Source: Octopus sinensis
Lineage: Eukaryota
Length of the DNA: 64,000 nucleotides
Direction of reading: 5' to 3'
Assembly: GCF_006345805.1 (NCBI RefSeq)
Contig: NC_042998.1
Coordinates: 190,278,001-190,342,000 of the forward strand
Part shown: piece by piece, positions 1-13,861 of the stretch
Numbering within the stretch: the stretch's first letter is position 1
Layout: every line of letters begins with the position of its first letter
Position numbers and translations under genes: made by a program
Notes under the pieces: generated by a model
What the model was told of the DNA's origin: nothing
Seen by the model: the letters and a program-made list of their open reading frames with translations, nothing else
The model's database searches: none

Positions 1-467
1 CCATAACTTTGCTATTACTTCTATGTATACCAACTTATGTTGTTACTGTCATTTGATAGAGGTGGTGGAATGATGAAATAGTAAAATGGTACCTAAAAAG
101 CCTTGTGGTATTTAATCCATTTTACATTCTGGATTCAAATTCCACTTTGACCAGACTCTACCTTCCATCCCTCAATAAAATAAATACTAGTTATAAACAC
201 TGGGGTAAATTCTATCAAATATACCCCCTCTTCAAATTCCTAGTCTTGTGTTAATGTGATAAATCATTGCCATTTGTAAATTCATAGAGCTGCAACTAAC
301 TTTCCATTTTATTTCTATACAATGACAATGTGTTGGAATGTATACACGCATGTATTTATACACACATACACACATATATGTACATTCTAAACACCTATTC
401 ACACCAACTATTACAGATGGTTTGAGAATAACTTTTAAAATCCCACACAATTTATATGAAAGTTCAA

Positions 468-688
468 CCCTTTATTTAACATTCAAATTACTCTGTGAAA
501 TGTAATACTTATTTATTCATGCTGTTTTGAATTAGCCATACATTGTATTATAGTTTCAAAACATCAATGATATGTGTTTATTTATGAACTGACATTATAG
601 GGAGGTGTAAGATACCTGATCAGGACAATTTCAACATTAAGCTGGTAGAATATTTGTGCCTGATATGGCCAATTTAAATGCTAAAGGA
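468..688. mobile_element. Decayed TTAA-flanked (piggyBac-like) MITE, about 220 bp
   Basis: Similar to the copies at 13643 and 15362; degenerate ccctttag...ctaaagg ends. Confidence 0.6.
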
Positions 689-2862
689 TTAAGTGACAGC
701 AAAACTCAATTCCAAGTTGTGAGGGAAATTGCAATTCACTTTTTGTCAAATTTCTTGTCACCCAAGTCAACAACCCTAGTTTTAATATTTCCACTTTGAG
801 TTCAGTATCTAGAATTTTGACGATGGAATTTCAGATCCAAAGCATAACAATTCAACATGTTCTTACACCAGTTACATGAATGAAATTCTAATTGTTTTTT
901 TTTTAATACTTCTCTGAAGATGTACAGAGTGGAGAAACCATGAAGCTGTGATATATGTAAATATTTCCTAAACTTCAGTATCATGTATGACGCAGATGAA
1001 GGAAATATCTACACCTAAATAGGATACCAGTTTATCACATCTAACATACCAGATGATCTAAACCATTTCCTGAAGTCTAAGTGAATTGAGGCAATGTAGA
1101 GTGAACTGCTATACTCAAAAACACAAGAAAGATTCAGTAGATTAAATTGAATTATCTATAAGAGGTAGTCCAAGAAGGTAATAATACCCATGTTGTGCGT
1201 GTGTGTGTGTCTATGTCAGCAAATGATGTTAACAGTAGTGAGAAACCTGATTAACAGGTGTGTTCAAACAAAAATACCTTGTATAGTATTTATTCCTTCT
1301 ATATCGCATTGATAGTAATTTGTAAATATAGTGAAATAATGAGGTCCATTGGAAACATGTAACCAATGATGTTATTGTACACAAAATGCAAATATAAAAT
1401 TATTATATTCTAAATACATCATATCTGTGCAGCTTAAGCCCAACACATTCCAACAACATTTTGTGTACGAAATCATTAAATATAATAAAAAAAAGACTTA
1501 TGTCAAGCACAAACTCGGAAATGGTAAATTCAATTTCTTATCAAACTGAGCTTACTTTCTTCATTAGCAAAACTAAGAAACAATATAATTAGATAAAATT
1601 AAAACAACTTTATATATCAAGAGATCCAACATTATGAAAATCAGCAGAACAGGAAAACTCAACTTTAAAAAAAAATTCTTGGATAAAAAGGGGATGAAAA
1701 ATAATGAATATTATTTAAAAGCAAATCCTCATTAGAGTTAAACTACAATAGAGTTAAATTTTAATCACAGTGAACATCGTGTGCAAACACTTGATTTTTA
1801 TCTGGCAAATGTCAACAAGGCTCAATGTTCCCATCATGCCTTAGTAGTAGCCATTCTACCAATAATGTTGTAATTAACTTTACATATCATGCAATAGGAT
1901 CAATTTTATGAAACATTCCTGAAATAGTTTTATAGAAAATAGTGGATGCACCTTTGACACTAGCTCACAGAACAACAAGCATCATTTGTATTTAAATGTG
2001 TACTACAGAGGTTGGTCAGTTACATAAATCATGTTAGTGTTTAAATCAGCCAAGTAAGTCCTTACTGTAAAAATACCAAGTGCCCAACATCTTATATCAA
2101 GAACATACTTGCACTGTTTGATGGATAAAGTGAAGAGAAACCTGAAGCAATGTGGAAGAATGAATATCAAGTTCTAATGAACCATTCCCCCATAGGCAAG
2201 GAATCTTGGGAAATGTGTGCATCACCAAACATACAGATGCTGAGAAGAAATAATTTTAGGAAAAAAGACAATTCAACTGTGAAGTATGTGATATCAGTTG
2301 TAGGTATCATGTAATTTTTAAGGAGATCAATATTTGCATCTATACTGAAATCTGCATTGTCGTAGTCACAACAACAACGGTCGGTTGATTTATTGATGGT
2401 ACATCACTTCCAAACGCTCTCTCTCACACACACATATACACTATCAATACTCCAAGAAAGAAAATGGACTGGTTTAACTTCCAGAACTACTTCACACACC
2501 TACACATACAGATATACAGTGGGGGTGGGGAGAAACATTCATGTAGAAAAAAATTTGTAATAATACACTTGTAGTGTCAAGTTGTCAAACAGAGAACTGA
2601 TTACAACGATCAAGTAGAATACAAAACACATTTTAATTGTAGGTGTGTATTTTACTAACACTTCAACCTCCCTCATCATCATCATCATTCAAAAATACCC
2701 ACTGTATATTACTTAGCAGTGTAATTAGACATACTAAATAATAGAGACAATAGATGTGTCTAAAGTTACAAAAAAATATTCAATATTTCTGTCAGGTTAA
2801 TTTTTTGAGACAATTTAAATTCAAATAGTTATCACATCCAATATTCTATTGAATGTGTGTAT

Positions 2863-2863
2863 A

Positions 2864-2897
<34 letters not shown>
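2863..2897. repeat. (TG)n microsatellite
   Basis: Read directly. Confidence 0.95.
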
Positions 2898-2898
<1 letters not shown>

Positions 2899-5099
2899 AT
2901 GCATGCACGCACAAGCCACATGTGAGTGTGCAACATTATTCTATTTCATAAAAATTGAAATAGACACATTGATCTGATTTTGTTGTTTTATCACCAAATT
3001 AAATAGATCAATATTATATTCTTGTTGAACAAATATTTCTGGTACTTTGCCAATATGTCAACAGACAGGAAGACCAATGATATATTGAGAAAAAAATTGA
3101 ATATAGTACTGTATATAGTACTGAATATGAAGCAAAGATGCAGATACTTGGACTAATTGAGAATGACTGCATCAAAAACAGATGATCGGCCAAATTAGTG
3201 CACTTCTGGCACTGGCTGTTCAAACAATGAACTTCATCACGATTATCATTTTACATCTGCTTTCCATACCTCCATGTTTTTGATGGGTTGTCATTGTCCA
3301 AGCCAGTTCTTATTTGGAGTTACTATGCTCCTAGTCATATCAGAGGAATGTACCTAGCTCTTATGCTTTATTTGACATGGTTTATACTCCTGGCTGACCT
3401 TCCTAGCAACATCTACTTTACAAAGAGTACAGGGAACATTTTATCATGGTGTTGCAGCCACTAATAAGAACAATTTCTTATTTGGCTAGTATACTTGATT
3501 CAAACTAATTTCACACTAGTTTTGAAAAACAAGGGTTCTGGCCATACATTTTGTATAATAATGAATGAAAGTCTCACTCTCACATGCCTGCATGAGCGAG
3601 AGTGAAACTTTTCATTCAGAAAATCGTGGTTTTAAAAGTATAGCTCCAACCAAAATTAGAAATTCAGAAAACACTGATAAGATTCTATACTAAACAATAA
3701 ATAGGAAAGTATATTCTCATTATACTTATTGGTAACCCCAAAATGATTTGAACATGCACACTCATGATGTGAAAGTTTCATACAATATTTCAATATTTTC
3801 TAGATCCTTTTTCAACAATTTTTCATACTACCACCTGAACTTCTTTTACTATTACACAAACAACAGCACTGCCACTAGCATCTTTTGAAAGAACAGCATC
3901 TCTGATGTACCTAAGCGGATAGTAAACAAAGAATTAACTTGGATCCTGACAACCCATATAACTCAAGGATGGATGGCAAGTAGATGTACCAACAACAACT
4001 ACTGTAATATCAGCAACAGCAGTATGATTGTTAAAACTGTTCACAGTAACAACAGAAGTACACTGGACAAAACAGCTAAGAAAATGGACATGCTACTGAC
4101 AGTTTTTAAACTGGAAGTCTTTTCTACCATTCCACATATACCATCATTGTTTTACAACTACATTCCATGCAAACACGGGTTGAATGGGTTGCCACAGTCC
4201 AAGTCAGTTCTTATTCAGAGTAACTGCCCTCCCTCCTGGCTTGATTGGAAGACTACAGCTTAATTAAATGTTCTACTTTTATTTCTATGGATGGATACCT
4301 TTCTTAACAGTAACCATTATATTATTGCATTATATTCTCATCATCATCATCGTTTAACTTCCATGTCCCATGCTGGCATGAGTAAGACAATGTGACAGGA
4401 TCTGACAAAACTGAGGACTGCATCATGCTCCAAATGCTAACTCACATGTCCCATGAAACCATAGACCTGCACCTACAAAGTTTCTGCCTGATGAGATAGG
4501 CTCGTTTGACAAGCCTACAAAACAAAGTTGCAAGCTGCTATCAAATCAATATATATAGTATATGCAGTTGTTCATGCTTGCAAACCTCTTCTATTCAGAC
4601 CCACTAATGCTACTTTACCCAAGTGTAAAGTTAGCTTAGCACCAGTCTTGCCACAGGTAATACTGTCACAACACAAGAAGCCAAAAACGAATACTACAAA
4701 GCATCTCAATGCTCTAACAATTCTACCAATTCCATTGCCCTTCTTTGGCACTTCATTTAAGAATCCCAAACAAGTGAAAGGCAATGGTACCTTAAATTCA
4801 GAGTGCAGAGAGTTAGAACAAGTGCTATGAGGTATTCTATCTCCCACTATAGCAACTCTGCCAAACTGCCACCTTACACAACTGTGAAATAGAAGTGGAC
4901 CCTTTTTTTTTTTTTACTTTTCTTGTCAGTCAAATTGGTGTTGGCAGAGTTATGTGCCTTGCTTAATAGCACAATGCAATAGTTTCAGTTAAGACTTAAA
5001 TCATGCAGTTAGTGGTTCAGCACAGAATCCTTACAACCACTGTAGAAATAGAACTTAAGTATTTTATTTTTTAAGGGTCTCTATGTATGAAAACTTAAT

Positions 5100-6130
5100 A
5101 TTCAATATTCCACGAACTGGGTGTCTGGCAAGCACATGTACCAAAACTTTTTGCCTTTGGACTCCACTTGCCCCTCATCTCTTAGATTGGTATCTTCCTG
5201 TCTGTATTGACAGTGCTTTCTGTTTCCCTCTGAACTCTGAAGTTCCCCTGGGGTTGGTTTCATTCCTAATTTTCCTTCCTTCAATGACCAATACACCACC
5301 AGATCCAACAAGGCCATTTTTATGCAGATGACATGACCTTTCAGTCTTCTCTAACTTTCCCAGTCATGCATCATCTGCATGGTCCCTAGACACTTTGCAC
5401 CAAACCTGCATTAATTTCATAAATAGAGATCTTGAGAGCATCCTTCAGTGGTGCCATGCCAACTTTGTCCCTTTTAAGAGCAAAATAAAAATTGAGGAAT
5501 ATTAAGAAAATACCACCTCACCACATCAAATCAGTTGCAGCTAGAGCCCTCAGTCACTCCAAATGCTGGAGCCACACATTGCCGAAGATCTCTTCTGGCA
5601 AAAGCATTGTTTTAGCATAGCTAGGACTATATCCATAAAATTGGCAATTTTCTTCAGGGTCAGAAATTATTTCACTTTACAAAATGTAAGTACTACTCCC
5701 ACATCTGGAATTGTGCTGCAGCAATGAACATAGACAATTTGGACCACATCCAGAGAAGAGTCACTTAACTGACTGACAATCACTCATGAACATGCTCCAA
5801 CCATAGGACCACAGGACATACTGTCTCCTGTTTGTCTTTTCTATTGCTACAATAATGGCCCCCATTTCTCAGAACTGGCTGAACTGAAATGTCTGCCATT
5901 CAGTTACCCCTGTCCCATTCAGCCTTCCACTTCTCAACACTCTTGCTGTACCCATCCCTACTAGCCCCACATAAACCACTTTAAGCAGTCCTTCCTATGC
6001 AAAAAAACTGGCTCTCTGGAACTGTCACTTTGCTCATGTGTTACTATGTTCACTTGCAACAGTTTAAATGGAACATTAACACTGTTAAGCTCACCAATTT
6101 TGGAGGTTACAAGTATTGTTTGCCCCTCCG
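5100..6130 (+). mobile_element. Degenerate CR1/Jockey-type LINE reverse-transcriptase 3' relic
   Basis: Fragments translate to VPLGLVSFLIFLPSMT (like GVPQGSVLSP..FIND), YADD near 5321, NRDLESILQW and DLFWQKH; many frameshifts and stops. Confidence 0.8.
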
Positions 6131-7020
6131 AACTCAGCAAGGAAAATAAAAGTTATTCCTGAGTCTTCAAACTCAAAATGGTTACTATTAATTGTGCTCT
6201 GTAGAGTGTAACACATCTATACTAGTGGGACAATTATTTCTACAGAGAAAGATACGCTATTTAGGATATTTCATAACTTTGGACTATCTCATATCATTTG
6301 CAGGACTCAAAATATCCCTTTTGTAATACATGGTTTAACTCTTTTGTGGTCTGCTTCTGAGCAAAGCACATAACTCAGTCTCCCTCAATGTACATACTTT
6401 CTCATATATAGCATTATATGAATAGTAGAGTGTTATTTGTCAAATGATGAGTAACTTAAGAAGTATACTTTTACCAATATGGGTAATATCAAGAAATATG
6501 ACATCCATACAATAAGAATTTAACTTTTTATCAAATTTCTTGGTGCTCATACGAAATGATGAAACAAATTCTAGTTTTCATAAGAATAGTATTTATTACC
6601 TTAAAATCTCATAACTCCTCCCGTAACTATTCGGTCATTTATTCCTCCCTTCTGCCTCCTACCACCAAGTCTTGTATATGCACTCATCCTGCACCTCTTA
6701 TAGTAACTGTCTCTCTATATCATTCTTTTACTTTCTCTCTCCTTCTCTTGCTATACAAGCAGGACTGGACTGGAGAAATCAACCAACCAGCATTTATATT
6801 GACTATTTTGTACAGATAATTTTTTTTTCCTGCTCCTACACTTGCCTTAAAATTGTTTATAAACATTCTGTGAAATATATTTATATCTCTTATTTATTAT
6901 TATTTTTATTATTTTGAGTGTAAAAGGTGTGTTTTATACACAGTACACAGTAAACAAGACCCTCAGGTATGTAGACGTTAATGTAAATGCTTAATAATTA
7001 CCCCCAACACTTGAACCAAC

Positions 7021-7265
7021 ATCATCATCATCATCATCATCATGCTAGCATGGGTTAGACAGTTCAATTGGGGTCTGTGAAGCCAGAAGGCTGCATCAGG
7101 CCCAGTCTGATCTGGCAGTGTTTCTACGGCTGGATGCCCTTCCTAACGCCAACCACTCCGTGAGTGTAGTGGGTGCTTTTTATGTGCCACCCGCACAGGT
7201 GCCAGCAGAGCTGGCAAACGGCCACGGACGGATGGTGCTTTTTACGTGCCACCGGCACGGGGGCC
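7021..7265 (-). mobile_element. RTE-LINE 3'-end repeat with (GAT)n tail
   Basis: catcatcatc...catgctagcatgggtt...ggatgcccttcctaacgccaaccactcc core, shared with the 3' end of the RTE at 26971-28309. Confidence 0.85.
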
Positions 7266-8116
7266 AACATACATACTATAAACTGAAATATAACAACTGT
7301 GTCAAAAAAAATGTATGTTCAATTGGTAATTGTACTTGACTATGACTATTAGTAATTGTACTTGACTGTGACATACATCTCTGAGAACTTTAAAGCATGA
7401 TCTGAAAATTAACATCAACAAGACAGAAGCACACGTTCAGACAAACCGCAAATCTTCAAGGATAGAAGTTATCAAAATATGGAGTTGAAATGTAGATAAA
7501 CATGACCCAGTTCCCATATTATGCTCATGCAATCAGCCGTAATGCTCATTTGGATGAAGAGATATGAAGAGGAAGATGATAGCAATCACAGCCCCACATT
7601 TGGAAAGAGTAGTTGTACCTTCACCCTTGCTGAGTAGGGTGTGGTATCACAGATGTAAATAAGGAGGGGAAAAATCAAGGACTACATCATACAAAGCCAC
7701 AGAATTGTCATGAAGATATTTTGACTTGATTAAGTCAAAGACCACTGCTATCCAGAATAAAGCTAGACTTCAGCATGAAAGAGATTTCAATCCAACAACA
7801 TTCCTGATTTAAGAAACTCTGAAAGAAAGAAAATCCATTTGTTTTTTCCTTTAATCTGCAAGATAATTTTGAATGCTGGTATAAGTAAATGAGGTTAGAT
7901 AAACGTCAAGGTGAGGTTAATAAAGGTAACTCATGTCAATTATATTCAAGCAGAAAAAGTTCCGGTGAACTAGCAATGTGCAACATGCAAGACAAAGCAA
8001 TAATTATATGCAGCAGGAGTATGTCAGTAAAAGCATGCAGTTAGTAAGAACTCAGTAACAGCCAATGGATTGTATGCAGACTAAAATTTCTACTGAAACA
8101 ATGCACAACCAGATAC

Positions 8117-8226
8117 CTATTTTCAGAAGAGAACAGGGCAAATGTAGGACGTCTCGACAATATTCCGGCTTCGACATCACGAACTTTCAAGTTGTCCACT
8201 GGGAGCATATATTTCTTTTCTTTTTC
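8117..8226 (-). CDS. dnm: Dynamin exon 14 (110 nt): [36 protein letters not shown](R), PH middle part
   Basis: cctttgtag acceptor, gtatct donor; phase 0 to 2. Confidence 0.98.
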
Positions 8227-8578
8227 CTACAAAGGAATCATGTCAAAATATCCAAGCAAAGCCAGTAAATAAATGAAGAAGTTCTGAGAGGAGCAAATTT
8301 CACTCTCATTATGAGAAATAGATTTTTTTTCAATTCACTTGAGAATGGTCTTTATGGTGATAAAAAAAAATTTATGAAAATATCTTATCTAATAAATTGG
8401 GTCATTTTGCATATCTTCAAGAAATTATCTCCATTGAAATTGTTGAAACTAAAAAAAAATTACATAAAAGTATTCTAATTAAACTAAAAGTGAGCTAAGC
8501 TTTCCGAAATCGGCCGAAACTACACCTGATTATATATACACTTTAGATGAGTTGTAGTGCACCTGAGCACTGTACACA

Positions 8579-8579
<1 letters not shown>

Positions 8580-8609
<30 letters not shown>

Positions 8610-8611
8610 TA
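8580..8611. repeat. (TAT)n microsatellite
   Basis: Read directly. Confidence 0.9.
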
Positions 8612-8916
8612 TTTAAAATACAGAGACCATTTGAGATTTTGCTCTGAGATAGTTAGCACCTTCAACATGCAAGGGCTAACTGCATTTACAGAAAGGCATG
8701 GATGGGTTGTTAAGAAAATTTGGTAACCAGAAAAGTAAATACATCAGCAAATTTAAACAATCTAGTGTTTAGTGATATAATATAATACTAATATGATTTT
8801 TCATAGCAAAAACACTTGAATCATTAACATTTTAAAAATTCATCTTGCATGTAACATTGCAGTTATCCCAAAGAATAACTTATTTACTAAGTTTAACACT
8901 TCCAATGCCTTTTATG

Positions 8917-9607
8917 AATAAGGAGTGAATGATATAAAATTACATAGCAATTCACATGTAGCAAATAAAAAACATTATTAGGTGGCATTTTAGTGCATAT
9001 GGCACTCATAAGATGACGATAACTTGCTACTTTGTTATAATTTTAATAATTATGTAAATATTTTTCTCTGTAATGTGTCTGAATTATGAACTAAATGATA
9101 GTGTATAGCTAGAATCAAAAGTCAGCTAATTTTATCCAAAACATAAATAAGGAGTGAATGATATAAAATTACATATCAATTCACATGTAGCAAATAAAAA
9201 ACATTATTAGGTGGCATTTTAGTGCATACGGCACTCATAAGATGACGATAACTTGCTACTTTGTTATAATTTTAATAATTATGTAAATATTTTTCTCTGT
9301 AATGTTGTCTGAATTATGAACTAAATGATAGTGTATAGCTAGAATCAAAAGTCAGCTAATTTTATCCAAAACATAAATAAGGAGTGAATGATATAAAATT
9401 ACATATCAATTCACATGTAGCAAATAAAAAACATTATTAGGTGGCATTTTAGTGCATACGGCACTCATAAGATGACGATAACTTGCTACTTTGTTATAAT
9501 TTTAATAATTATGTAAATATTTTTCTCTGTAATGTTGTCTGAATTATGAACTAAATGATAGTGTATAGCTAGAATCAAAAGTCAGCTTATTTTATCCAAA
9601 ACATAAA
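8917..9607. repeat. Three near-identical tandem copies of a 229-230 bp unit
   Basis: aggagtgaatgatataaaattac recurs at 8921, 9150 and 9380. Confidence 0.97.
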
Positions 9608-11364
9608 TTCTTGAAAGTTGGAAATAGGAGTTATTAAAAGATGTGACAGCAAAAGAACAGAGGCTGTGGGAATATTGGAAAAGATAAGAATTTACATAAA
9701 ATGAGAAGATGGTAAAAGAAACTAATGGGTTATCCAGATAACAATGGAAGTAGAGAGAAATTTTTCGATGATAAAGATAACAAAAGGAGAATTCGGTAAG
9801 AGATATATCTATGAATCATTTTCGCTTGAAATAGTTGGGAAGAGAGCTAGCAAACCATTCCATATATCAAAAAAATAAGCGAAAAGTAACTGGGATAATT
9901 ACAGGCAAAATTTTAGTATCATTCAATAAACAAGATTAGAACAATCAAAGCAGTGAACATGTCCACTATAGTTGGAGAAAAAAAAAAACAAGAAATAGAA
10001 ATGGTCAACAAATATTTCTATTATTATTAAACTATTTTCAGAAATATGAAAAAAATTTTCCAAAATTATATTTAAGACTGATTAGTTTAGACTCTTTAAA
10101 AATCTAAAGGTTTTACATTACCATATCAGTTCTGAAGTACAGAGATGTTGAGAGGTATAACAAATACTACATTGTAGGGTACATTCAAGCACTGTTCTAA
10201 TATAAATACCAATCAAATGTTAGACTGTTAGGTTGGGAGAAACCATAGAAATTAATTCTATTTTCAAAAGAATGAAAGAGGATTTAGTATTAAAAAGTTT
10301 GATTAAATACTTTTAAAAATTCAAAAGTTTTGCCTTTTGTTTTCTTTTTGGGATTTTTTTTTGGGGGGGGGGGTCAGTTTAAACTTTACATATTTCACTG
10401 GAGTTGCAATGTTTACTCGGCAACATTCTTTAAAAAAAAGCTCAACAATATTCAAACTAATCTTTGTGTTAAATTTTCTTAATCTAGAAATATCAAAATG
10501 ACATTACAACTATGATGTACTTTAAAATGCAAGGCAGAACAAAGCTGTATGCAGTCACAACAATCACAATCCGAAGGTGGTCTGTGTCAATTCTTATTTA
10601 GAGTTAATGATTTATTAGATGAGTCAGAGGACAGTGTCTCACTTGTATCTCCCAACATTTTTGGTACATGGTTACTATTGCAAAATACACTTCCAAACAC
10701 CAGCCACTTTACAGAGTGCAAAGTGGTTGACGTTGGTCCTCAGCAAAACTAAAAAAAAGGTCCCCTCTAACTTCTACTGCCTACATTGTGGTGGTAGACA
10801 TTTGCTGTTTATAGATTATTTTCATTTTTCTATTATTTTTTTTAATGGTTTCTTTAATGCAGCTTTGAAATAAAAAAAATAAGAACTTGGAAGATAAAGA
10901 AGAAGAAAAAATAGAGAGATACATTTTGTTGACCTCTACTTTAGAATGCACCATTCATGTTGTGAAAATGTGAAATAGCCATACTGACAGTTCTGAGGAA
11001 TAAAGGGATAAGAAAGCTTCACAAGTTGGTTGAGATATCATGCGCATAAAACTTGGTTGCAATCGTGGAATGATCATACTTTGTTTATATGTATTTGGTA
11101 TTAAAGATTGGTGGATATATTGTAATATATTATTGGGAATCAATGATACAGGATATAGTTCTTTGTAGCTAATTCAAATTCTTGGAATATTTCATCAAAC
11201 TATCCCCACCCCAACTTCCAAGCACCAATAAGCAACCAGTTATGCACTGTGTTCAAAAAATTATATACCTTACACATTTTTTTTTATTTCGAAATATTCA
11301 ATAATAGAGAGAAAATGTGATTGCAGTTAATATAATCAAATTTAATTATAGAAATATACATGCA

Positions 11365-11466
11365 GTAATGTTATGGGAATAGTATTGTTATGGGAATAGT
11401 ATTGTTATGGGAATAGTATTGTTATGGGAATGGTATTGTTATGGGAATGGTATTGTTATAGGAACA
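11365..11466. repeat. 17-bp minisatellite (gtattgttatgggaata), 6 copies
   Basis: Read directly. Confidence 0.95.
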
Positions 11467-13642
11467 CCATTTCTTATAGTCCTTGTCACCTCCATTCTGT
11501 CATCCACTTCCCTCCTTGCACCATCAGGTTGGCAAATGACTCCTGGTGGCTTTCTTCACAAGAATTATGTGCTTGTTGTGGCATGTTCATAGGGGAATAT
11601 AGAGGTATTTTCCTATTGCTTTTGTTTGGATAGTATTTAACAGGACACCATCTCAATGACCAGAACAGCAAAGTTTGCCACATCTGCCTGCAGATTCAGA
11701 ACAAAGAACCAGAACAGATACCATAAAGCATATTATCTAATACTCTAACGATTCTACCAATCCTCCACTCCGGACTGGTACTTTATTTTACTGACCCCAG
11801 AGGGATAAGAGGCAAAACAGACCACTGAGGGAGCTGAGGTCAGAATATAAAAAACCAAATTAGATACCAGAAGGCATTTTATTTGATGCTTTAACAATTC
11901 TGACAATCCACCAACTTTCCCATGTAACTGTATATATCTTTATGAAGTTATGTAATGAGGACATGACAACAGCACCAAAACATTTATCAAAGAAACACAC
12001 AACTCATAATTAAACCATTCAAATTCTTTACAAGTGATAGGTTTCATTTTCTCTAGAGATCTTTCATAGCAGCTACACATAACAAAAACATAACCAAAAT
12101 TGCTATCAAAGCCAAGGTTTTTTTTCATGAAAAATAGAAAATACTTCGACTCTGACAAAAAAATTAAAAAACAATTCTGCCTAACATCCAAAAGAGGATA
12201 ACTAACTGATAAGCATATTTTAACTAATACAAGATATTGTAAAGTCTAACATTTGTAGAGAGCCTAGAAGGTTTAGCTGTGAACTGTTAATGAGCTGAAA
12301 AAGTGCATTCAACCTCCTCCTCTACTGTAACAGTTTTCTTTCTCTGAGTTGATAAAACTGTATACACTCACCCTACCAAACACTCAATGCACCTGCTTTT
12401 CTTCCTCACATCAGACTTATTAAACATTTCGTTCAATCCATTCTCCTTAGTATTCAACCTGCTCATGTTTTGCTCACAAATGTCAACCACCAGTGGAAAT
12501 TCATGCTGGATATCAACCACATCAAACTCACACAAGCTTAGAGGAATCTGCAAAGGCTATGGGCATTCCTTTTCTTTCTCAAACTAAAATAAAAAAAATT
12601 TTCTTTAACAAACCGTATATTTATGCCCAGTTAGACTGACACAAATGATCAATAAGGTGATGCCAGTCATATCAAACCAACATAAAATATGGCAATAAAG
12701 GACCAGTATAAACAATATTCAACATTTCTTGCTTCTTTCTTTAATTAAATTTCTGAAAATTATGCTTTCTAATGAAATTTTTTGTGAGAGTGGGGTATTA
12801 TCATTGTCTCAAAATGATAACTGTACATAATTATCAATAAATTGCTGACAGCAGCATCACACTAAGCCGACAGCAAAACAATTATTTGTTGCCAAGCAGT
12901 AAATGATGATGGCAGAATCTAAATAAAAATCATCCTCATTCCTACTAAGACCTCACTGGGTTAGTGCAGTATCTGAATGTTATGCTAAATAGCTGATGAG
13001 GTTGGAACCTGATCACTCTTTCTTCAAAGCCAAATTACAATTGCACGGAAAAGCAATGTAACCTAATTAACATTCATAACAACCTAATGCTTCACAGTTA
13101 CAAAACAAAAAAAAAAAAACATTTGAGAAAAACAATCCTACAGAATGTTAATATAGACAACCTGTAACAGTTGCTTTCAACAACTGGCAGTAATAATATA
13201 ATAAGTAAGTAGTTCTTGAGCAAGAATGTGCTAAAAAGAAGATTACTCAGTAAACACAGCCAGACAAAAATGCCAGTACTAATGATGTAAAAACACACCA
13301 AAGTCCTTCCGGGGTTTATTTTTTTTTTATCGTTCACTTGTTTCAGACTGTGGCCTTGTTTGAGATTCGTTCTTATACAATATTGTAATTTAAAATTTTT
13401 TTCTGGTCTATATATTTTTATTTTATTTTGTCAACTTGACCTAATTCTTATAACATAAATAATAATAATGTGAGAATTCAGTTAATAAAATTTATGCAAA
13501 AAAAAAAAACTAATTTATATTGCAAGCAGCATTTTAATTTACCAATATGTAAAAAAAAAAAAAAAAATGGTAAATCAAACTGGCAAAGAAGCCTCTACAT
13601 GTTCAGTCAACCTGCTTGAGATAACAGCCAAATCACGCTTAA

Positions 13643-13861
13643 CTCTTTAGCATTCAGACTATTCTGTCAAATATAATATTTATTCATCCATATTGTTTTA
13701 AGCTAATCATGCATTATTCCGTAGCTTTAAGATTTCGATGATGTTATCACCTGTTTTTAGATTGACATTATAGGTTGGTGTGAGATACCAAATCTGGGCA
13801 GTTTAAACAGAAAACAGGTAGATTATTTGGGCCGGATAAGGCCGGTTTAAACACTAAAGGG
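13643..13861. mobile_element. TTAA-flanked (piggyBac-like) MITE
   Basis: TTAA at 13639-42 and 13862-65; ctctttag/ctaaaggg termini; similar to 15362-15592. Confidence 0.75.

Noticed and set aside
802-984. ORF containing KKQLEFHSC, like dynamin KQLELSC
   Set aside because: No acceptor or downstream similarity; crosses a poly-A run; treated as coincidence.
6847-6869. Minus-strand ttcacag|AAT GTT TAT AAA (NVYK), resembling the start of the next dynamin exon
   Set aside because: The frame is off by one relative to the phase-2 end of exon 14, it reaches TAA after NVYKQF, and no QLEL...WKASFLRAG follows. I did not find true exon 15 in the window.
10549-10752. Complex-looking segment with open frames on both strands
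   Set aside because: The best minus-strand acceptor gives only short frames; no homology or donor support.
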